Shown piece after piece: positions 46,001-55,000 of a DNA stretch of 64,000 nucleotides. The translations under genes and the position numbers were made by a program. Origin of the DNA: a bacterium. GTDB taxonomy: Bacteria; Margulisbacteria; Marinamargulisbacteria; GCA-2716485; JAYNIM01. Position 1 is the first letter of the stretch. Each line of letters begins with the position of its first letter. The DNA is taken from the NCBI GenBank assembly GCA_038109055.1, contig JAYNIM010000005.1, positions 1 to 64,000 on the forward strand, read 5' to 3'. The notes below the pieces were generated by a model. The model saw only the letters and a program-made list of their open reading frames with translations, was not told the origin of the DNA and made no database searches.

Positions 46001-49000
46001 TCATCTTGCTATATCCCATATCGTGTACCTTTATGGCTGTTTGTTTCAGTAACTCTTTACATGTTTCTAATGTCCTTATTAAGGTTTCTTTTTCTTCATT
46101 GTCTGCTAATGTCGCCTGACATACGTCAATGACCTCATCTATCGAACTTAAACGGCCTTGATCTCGACTTACTCGGACGAGTTCTTCTATCGCGTCCTCC
46201 TCCATTCCGACTGATGTTAAACAGGCCGACACCTTTTTCATCATCTCACTTTTTACCTGATCAATGCTTTGTCTTAAGTCTGAAATATCGGCATCTAGCT
46301 GCTGCTGACTTTCGACTGTAAAGCTATGTTTATATTGTTGCGTTACTTGCGTAACTTGCCCTATTTTCTCTTCTAAGTCTTTTTGTAAGCCTATAATAGC
46401 CGTGTCATCAGCAAAGGGCTCAAATGCTTTGCTAAGGCCTATATTTGCCTGATCAAAAGCAAAGTCAAAAAGCTCTGCTAGTTGCTCGGATAATGTCTTT
46501 GTTGGGTCTGCAATAAAGGCCTCAATATCGTTTATCCCCATCTCTGCTAATTCAATTTTTAATGCCTCTATTATTCCTTCATATCCCATATCTCTGGACG
46601 TTTTTAAAAGAGCTAGCACCTGTCTATCTAATTCTGGTTTCCCTCTTAACCTGTCTACTAGCGACTGCTTGGATAAGGTATTCATGGTGATGATGATGTC
46701 TTTTAACTTCGTGGAAAAGGCCAAAGATTCTGCATCAAATGGGTCTACTGTTCTGAGTTCTTCAAGGTCTTGCTCTAACTGCAGCACATCCTCTGATAAT
46801 GTTTCTGGGAAAAGATGATTATAACGTTCTAAGGTTGTTTTTGATTCCCTTATTTTTTCTTCTTGTGCGATAATGTAATCCCGTACTGATACGCCCTCAA
46901 TCTGAATCTCCAGCTCAGAGTCTTTGCTTGCAAAGAGATGTTTTTGTTCTCCTTCTAGCGTAATCACGCCCCATGTCTGGCTATTTTGTGAAGTTAATTG
47001 CCCCGATACTATCCCATAATCAATGAGTGTTTTTGCTAATTTTTGATGTTTTTCGCTGCCTTTTTGTCGTGGTCGAATTTCCGCTAATTTGCCTCTTAAC
47101 ACCGAAACTTGCGCATTGAGTACTGGATCAAACACCTGTTCGATTGTTTTTCGTTCTGATCTCGGTTTTTCGACATAGCTTTTTGCACATTTATCGATAA
47201 TATGAGCCATGGTGTTACTGTGAGCCCCTGCTTGAAGTGGCCTGACAATGCCGTCCATTTCTAATGCGTTAGCGTCTTGTTCTTGCCCCAAAAATAAGGT
47301 AATGTCGTCAATAATTGCTTTTTGTTGTATGGCTTTCATTAATTTTTTAGAGGCTCCCTTGGTCGTTTTTCCAAACCATTGTTTCTGATCCTTATTTGTC
47401 CAAAAGTCTTTATTTAGGAATAATTCTGCGTTAATTTTCATTGTTAATAACTCTTGTATTAACGCCTCTTGGTCTTTTTCATATAGCTCTGCTAATAAGC
47501 GTTGCTTGTCTTGCCTATGAACCTTCTGAAAATGTATCTGCTTTCTTTGTCGTCCGTTTGCTTTTTGTACTAACTCTAAAGGTGTTTTGCAGGGCGGCAC
47601 CTCCTCTTTCAATTCTTTTAGAAACTCGCTATACTCTCGTCGTAATACGGTTGCTTGGTTATAGTCTTTGCTTTTAAATTCTGCCTCACTTCTTTCTTGC
47701 AACGCTGTATGAGTAGCGCCTACTAATGTTTTAAATTTATCTTCATCTATTCGTAGAGCCCCTAGGGATTGTTCGTACACTATTTCTGTCAGTTTTCTCA
47801 GTTCGTCTTCTACCTGCATTTTATATCTTTGTTGGAGTATCGTTCGCAGTTCTGATGGAAGAATGTGATGCGTTATTAGATAGTCAAACTCCGCTGCTAT
47901 CATGGATCTTCCCTCTACAAATTTATCTCGTATTTCTTTTATTTTTTCTTCTTCACTTGGAGAACAGTCCTTAAGATTTGTAAATACAGCCTGTTGTTGT
48001 AGGTGATTATAGGCATTTAAACGATCAATTATAGATTCTAGACGGATATCTACGTTAGTATCGACGTCTATCTCTTCTCCTAGACATTGCGTTAAAATCG
48101 ATAGTTCTGCTTCTGTATTTTTTAGATCTTGTTTTTTTCTCCTAAGCCTTAATTTATGTTGTTCTAATTTACTTTCCTGATCATCTTTCTTTCGTAAACC
48201 TGCTTTGTCTTTCTCTAATTCAGAGATTTCTCTCTTTAACTTACTCACTTTTTGTGCTCTCTGAGTGAGCTTGTCTGGATCTATATCGAAGGCTTGTCGC
48301 TGTGTTACTTTTTGAGCGAGTACCTTTTCTAAATGATCCGCCATCTCTTTTTTTTCTCTTTCGGATTGCTGTCTAGCTTCTCCTTTTAATCGTAGTGTTG
48401 CATGCGTATTCCATTGTAAATGTGATTCCACTCTTTCTTGGCGACAAATAATCGTGTTTATCTCTTCTGGAATCCCCATTTTTTTTCGCATGTTGGGGGT
48501 GACTCGTCTTGTTAAAAATGTGATTAGCTTGTTTTGTTTTTCAATTTTCTCCTCCAGGGATCCACTTTTTAATTCTTGAACTAAATGATTATATTCGTCC
48601 ATGAAATGTTGTACATACCGCTGATCCTCTTTTGTCATGCTGCTGTGATTTGCTGGGGCAATCATTTCTTCTAATTGCTCTCCTAGTTGCTCACGTAACT
48701 GTTCTGTGAATGATGCTTCGATTTGTTGTCGAAGGGCTGATTTATACATACTTTGATACTCCATGCTTGACATTCGATGGGTCTCTTTTTGTGCTAACTG
48801 TAGGGCCGCGATTGTTGCCACATCACTAATAACCGCGTCTGTTGCTTTTGCTGCCAGACAGTGCTGAATACAATCAGAAGCATCTATTTGGGCGGGCTCT
48901 TGTCCTTCCTTGATTTCCTTTGCCAATATAGCTATCTGTCTATCCAATCCTAATTCCCTCTTATCTTGAACCTTTATACCCTCTGTTTTTTTCACTATTT

Positions 49001-52000
49001 GACCTATTCCAATTTTTTTGGCTCGTTGGCTGCTGACTCCGGCAAATTGCTTCGCTGCTTTTACGACGTCTGTGTTTATGACAGGTTGATTCGATTGATC
49101 TTTACAATATCGATCTACGCTTTGGTTGATAACGGTTGCATAGAATACACTGTAGTTTTTTGAAAAATCAGAATGCTCAATAATCGCTTTTAACATATCC
49201 TCTCTGAGATCTCTTGTTGCTTTCTGTCTATCAGATGTATCTCTGAATGTATCAACTACTTTTGTTGCCATTCCTCTGTCATCCTTTACTTTTTCTAAAA
49301 AAGCAATAAAGGCTTCTTCCTGAAATTCCCCATCTTCGATAAGACCTATTTTTTCTAACATTCCCCTCATTTCACTGTCTTGCATGAGGCTTTTAATACT
49401 TTCTTTGCCAACAAATTGGCTAAAAAGTTTTTGATGGATAGTGGGGAAAAATACCATTTTTGCCATAATATCTTCCTTTTGACTCTGCGTATCACTAGCA
49501 TCTGGCAAATAAATAGCCCCACGTCTTACCCCTGTTAACGTTGTCCCTTCTTTCCCTGAATGATCTGTATTTCTAGATAGAATTCCTTTGATAATTGCTA
49601 AACCAAATACAGATAAGCACCCAATCCCTGCTGTCGGTACTATCATTGGTGCGCCTACTGTCAGACCAATACTTGTGGCTGTTGCAAGAAGCCCAATACT
49701 TTTCACTGTAAATTTCCAACTTGATAAAAAGGTTCCAAATTGTCTTTTCTTCAAATTATTTCCAATTAACTTATTTGGAATCCATGCTTTTTTTTCTCGT
49801 ATAGTAACGCCTATTCGTTGGCTCCCGTCACTGCGCTGGCCTATAATAATTTCATCTTTTCCAGAAAACGTGATTTTTTTATAATTACTTAACCTTTCAC
49901 TTTTTTTGTCTAGGATTGTTTCTAAGTCACTTACCATTTTTTTGGATAGTCCTAGCGTATAAAGTTGTGTTTTTTGGCTATCTGTTAATCGTCTTGAACA
50001 AATTCCGTTACTTGCATCTAATATCCCCATTCCCCCCCTTTCGAGGGAGGCTAATTGTGCAAATAATTTCGAGCAGGCCTCTGATCTAAGTACGCTTAAC
50101 TCACTTTCTTGCTTGTCTGTTGCCATGCCTACAAGTTGTTCATAGCTTAGCTTTTTAAATAATGGCAATATGTCTTTTTCTGTTAAAAAATTGTGCCGTT
50201 GCTCTGAAAGCTCATGTTCTTCTTGTGCACTATTATCTCCTAATAGTGACACAATAGCTGCTGGCAGGGCTGTCTCGATACGTTTAAGTTTTTCTTTGAC
50301 TTCTGCATATGTCAGCATGGCCCATGGCAAGGTAAAGGCAGGCGGTCTTAGTTCTTTTTGGAGTTGATCTATTCCATCTGTGACTTTATTCATTACTATC
50401 TTTGGTAATTCAACAACTTCTCCTACCTCATTTGTGATATGTTCAAGTTCATCTTGAACATGCTGACATTGTTTTTCTAATTTATTTTTTATCTTATTTA
50501 AATATTCTTTTAATTTGGGATCTATATTGGGCACTTTTTCTAATAAATTTTCAATAAAACGTCGTAATTCTGTTGGATCTGGCATATTAGCTTTGATATG
50601 TAGAGCCATTCTTAAACGTGGTAAATCCATGATTGTTCCAAATTCAACATCCGGTATTTCTATCCCTAAATCAACATGAGGCATATCAATATCTATACCT
50701 AAATCTGGCCAATTAATATCTGGTATTGGATCAAAGTTGGGTAAGTCTGATACAAAATCCGCAATATCTAATACGATATCTATCCCAAACTCTGCTAATC
50801 CAAGCGTAAAAATATCTGACAATGTGCCTAAGGTAATCTTTCCGAAGGTTTTTCCAACTTTTTTCATGATAGCGCTTATCTTGTTGTGAAGCGCATTCTT
50901 TGCTTTTAAGATATTTTCTATAAGTCCTGTTTTGATGGCGTCTAAGTACTCTTGCATGGCATCCTGGATGGTCTCTAATTGCCCCATCATTTCTTTTTGT
51001 AGTGCATCTATGTCTGCTTGAGCCATCATGTTTTTAGCCATTGTTGCGGCTATTTGTGCAGCAAATGCTGTTTTAAAGTTAACGAGGTCGTCTGATTTTT
51101 GAAATTTCACTTTTTGCTTGGGTAATCCCGCTGTTTCAAAACTTGCTTCACGTGCGACTATTCGCATAAACGCCTGTCCATCAAATATTTTTTGGTCCTC
51201 TAAATTTGGTGGTAACTTGATGTCTTCCCCATCCCTCGATAGTTGATTATAGTACCTTTCTAAGCCTTGTATCGCGTCTGGCATGTCCGCCTCTGACTCT
51301 GATACGGGGATTTTAAAACTGCAGTGTTGCCATTCACTAAAGCCCATTGTACGTAATAAGAGAGTCTTTTGGCTGTTTCTAACCTTATTCGCTTTGCAAA
51401 ATTTATCAATAAACTCTAAAAATGTGTCTGCCTGTTCGCTTACGCTATTATCAACTTCTAGTAACTCTTCTGATTCATTATATTTCAAGCAATCTTCCAG
51501 TTCTTCCGTATGTTGAGATTCTTCAATCAACTTTTTAAGCATTTTTTTGGATAAATGAGGTCGTTTATATATCATCTCCGGTACAACTTTGCCTAATGCC
51601 GCCGCAAAAAATTTCTTCACGGGATTCACTGTCAGTACGCTGGTCTTAATTTCTCGCTTGCCTGTTGCACTTGGTACAAATTGTAGCGCGTATGTTTGCT
51701 TCATTTCCTCTCTTAGAGAGTCTGGTTTACGATATTGAAATGTGACGGTTCCTCCTTCTGAACTTGGATCCGCTGACTCTGTTAATTTTAAATTTTTAAA
51801 GTCCCAGGTTGAAAAAACCATATTATTTGATTTTAACGTGCTTGCTAGGCCTGTTCTCTTGATATCTTCTCTTTTGCTTGCTAATACTTTCATCATAACA
51901 ATGCCTTGCTGGAGTATACTTTTATTTTGCAAACACACCCCTGCTATTGCTCCTTGAATATCACGACCTTCCAATTTAAATCCACACAGTTTTAACAGAC

Positions 52001-55000
52001 GATTCTCTTGTTTTTCACTTAAACCTTCAACCCTGGCTATTTGTTCTATTTTTTTGCTAAATTCTTCTGTATTAACAACTTTACATTCAAACTTTTTACT
52101 GAGTTGTTCAAAGAGATAGCGCTGTTGTCTTGTACTTAATGATGTCTTTTGTCGAGCAAACTCAGCTATGATTGTTTCTAATTGGCTTAGATCGTTGAGG
52201 GTTATCATGACGTGACTCCCTTTTTCTTCAATCTCTGCGAGTCCTTTTTCTTGTAAAAAATATTGAAAATTAATTAACTCCGCCTCTTTCAAACGATTTC
52301 GTCTGAATCTAAATCGTGGAGAATCTCTTAGTTGGTTTTTGGGGATATCCAATTGAGCAGAGAATCTTACACAGGGATCATCTTTAAACTGATTAAGTAT
52401 CTTATTTAATGTTTCTGTTGATACTCTGTGCTTGTTTTCACGCACTTTCCAAAAGGATGTTTTGACACAGTCTTCTTTATTCGCATAAACAGCCTGATAT
52501 AAGACTCTATCTTGATTCACCTTTTCTGCTGCTTTTATACTTACGTGACTGATTGTTTTTATTGCTTCTTGTGCAATCTCTTTTTCTGTCTGTGCCACCA
52601 ATGTTCTTGCCTCTGTTTGCACTGTCACTTGCTTGCGTATATTCGTATTCATTCGCTTAATTGCGTGTAACATATCCGGCCCTGGATTTTTTCTGCCAAA
52701 TGCACGTGCTATCCAATTTTCTTTGAACTCTTCTTCTAGTTTAATAAGCATTTTATTTGCTTTACTTAGCCGTACTTGTAACTCTGCTTCAATTTTATGA
52801 TCTCCACACATTTGTGTCTGAATTTCATTCATCTCTTCACTTAGATCACATAGTCGCTGCGCCAATTCCCATTTTTCCTCTAGACTTGGATCACCGCTAT
52901 TTAGCCATTCAACACGTGCTAAAAATTCGGTCCGTTTTTCTTTGGGTAAAAATAAAAGGATGCTAGCTAGATCATCAATGGATCTATTTGGGTCTAACAA
53001 GATACTTCTACATCTTGTAATTGAGAATGAAAAGGTGTCGTTACTCCATAGCCATTGTACTTTTTTAGAGCCTATATCCTCTTTTATTTTTTCGGCTTTC
53101 TCTTGAAACTCTTCCTGGCTGTAGCTCAGGCTTAACCCCAGTGCATAACAAAATTTATCTAAAGGCTTGTCTGTGCTATGCCAGCTTTCCAAACTTTCTC
53201 TGATTGCTACTTCACTCGTTTTTCCTTCTTGGGGTTTAACATTTTTCTTTGCTGCTTTTTGTATTTTTTCTGTGACTGTCTCAGCAGATATGTTTGTTTG
53301 TGTTTGTGTTAGTTGCATGATTCCTTTAAAACTTTCTACTGCCCGATTTGGCTCCATATCTTCGTTAAATTGTGCTTTTAGGATTTCATTCAATTGTTTA
53401 TAGTCAGTAGGTGTTTTATAGCGACAGTCTTCGAGTCGTTTTTGCATGAGTTTTTCTACTGTCTCTTGATCTAGTGATGGGTCCTCTGTCCACGTGACCA
53501 AAAAGGCACTTAGCTTAGTTATCTCTATTTGTGCTAATTTTTCAGCCATATTTTCAAAAGGAAACTCGCCTTCGTTTTTCGTCTTTCCTTTGGAAGGTAC
53601 TAATTTTTCTAAATTGTGTAGTTTTTTGCTAATCCGTAATGATTTTTTTATTATATCCAGCGTTTTTTCATCTGACGTCTCTCTTAAACACCGAATGGCT
53701 CTGGCTGACAGAGTTTTGGGAGCTTCCAATTGTCCTTTTATCTCTTTTAATTCGTTGAGTAAGGCTTTTTTCTCCTGCTCGCAGGCCTGTTTAACCTCTT
53801 GTGGTTTTTGGCCTGTATGCATGGCGATCACGTCCAACATTTTTGATCTGTGGATACCTGGTTCTTTTTGATGCATAATCTCTAGCATTTCTGTTAGAGG
53901 TAGGTTGATTTTTGCTTTGTCTTTTGCATCAGTCTGTAAAAACATTGATGCCGGCCACTCACTTATCAATTGTTCGCCATCTCTCTGGTGTTCTTGTTCT
54001 AGCTCTTGTTCGTATGCCGCTGTTAGTCGTTTTGATACCTGTTTGATGGTCTTCGTATCTATCGAAAATTTATCAAGCAGATCGGTTCGTTTTTGCAGTG
54101 CCTGCTGGATATATACCTGCATTGTTTCAGCTGTCACCTTTTGTAAAAATGTCTGATTGACGACAAAATGTGTTGATAGCATCTGAATCCATTGATCGTG
54201 TTGTGAGTGATATTCATCTACAAAAAGACTGGCTATTAATACACTAACTTGTGCGTCTGTTAATGCCAGCACGGTGTCTTTTAAACTCTCTAATCCCTCT
54301 AGTATACTTGGAGTCCGTTCTGTTACTTCCGAAACGTGATGATTTGTGACACCTAACTCTTTCATTGTTGTTTGTAATTTGGAGGTACTCCCTACTTGCG
54401 CTATTAGGTCGGTTATTTTTTCTACTCCGGGGCTAAAAAAACAATTTTGTTGATCTATTTCATTTTTTTTCGCTACTATATTTTGAACATGGCACATAAA
54501 ATCAGCATATTTCTTGATATTTTCTACAAGATCCTCTTCTGCAACGCTTTCGGATAATTCCTTACAGTCAAAACAATGGCAATATAGGTCTTGTATAGGT
54601 CTTGGCATGGCCTTTAAAGTTTGTATTAAACGTCTTTGTTCTTCCTGATTTTTAGGGCTTTCTTCGGGTAAAAATACATAGCCGGTGGCTGCTTTTAAGC
54701 GTGGGTTCTTTTTCTTAATCTTAAATTCAACTCCAAACTTTAGCCTTCCTTCTGACGTCTCCTGAACTAATATCTGTGAAGATGTGGATTTTTCTTGTTC
54801 ATCTGTGAAAAATACCTCTTGCTCTAAACTCCCTGCCTCTTTTTTAAATTTCTTCTCTAAAACTGAGGCGGTTATTGCAATCGTGGTCCCTGCTTTTAAT
54901 ACCGAATCCATATTGTCTGCTAACTGTTCTAATTTTTGCTTAATTGGCTCTAAGAGTTGTTGCTTAATCGCCTCTGAATCTATGTCTTCTAATGACTGCT

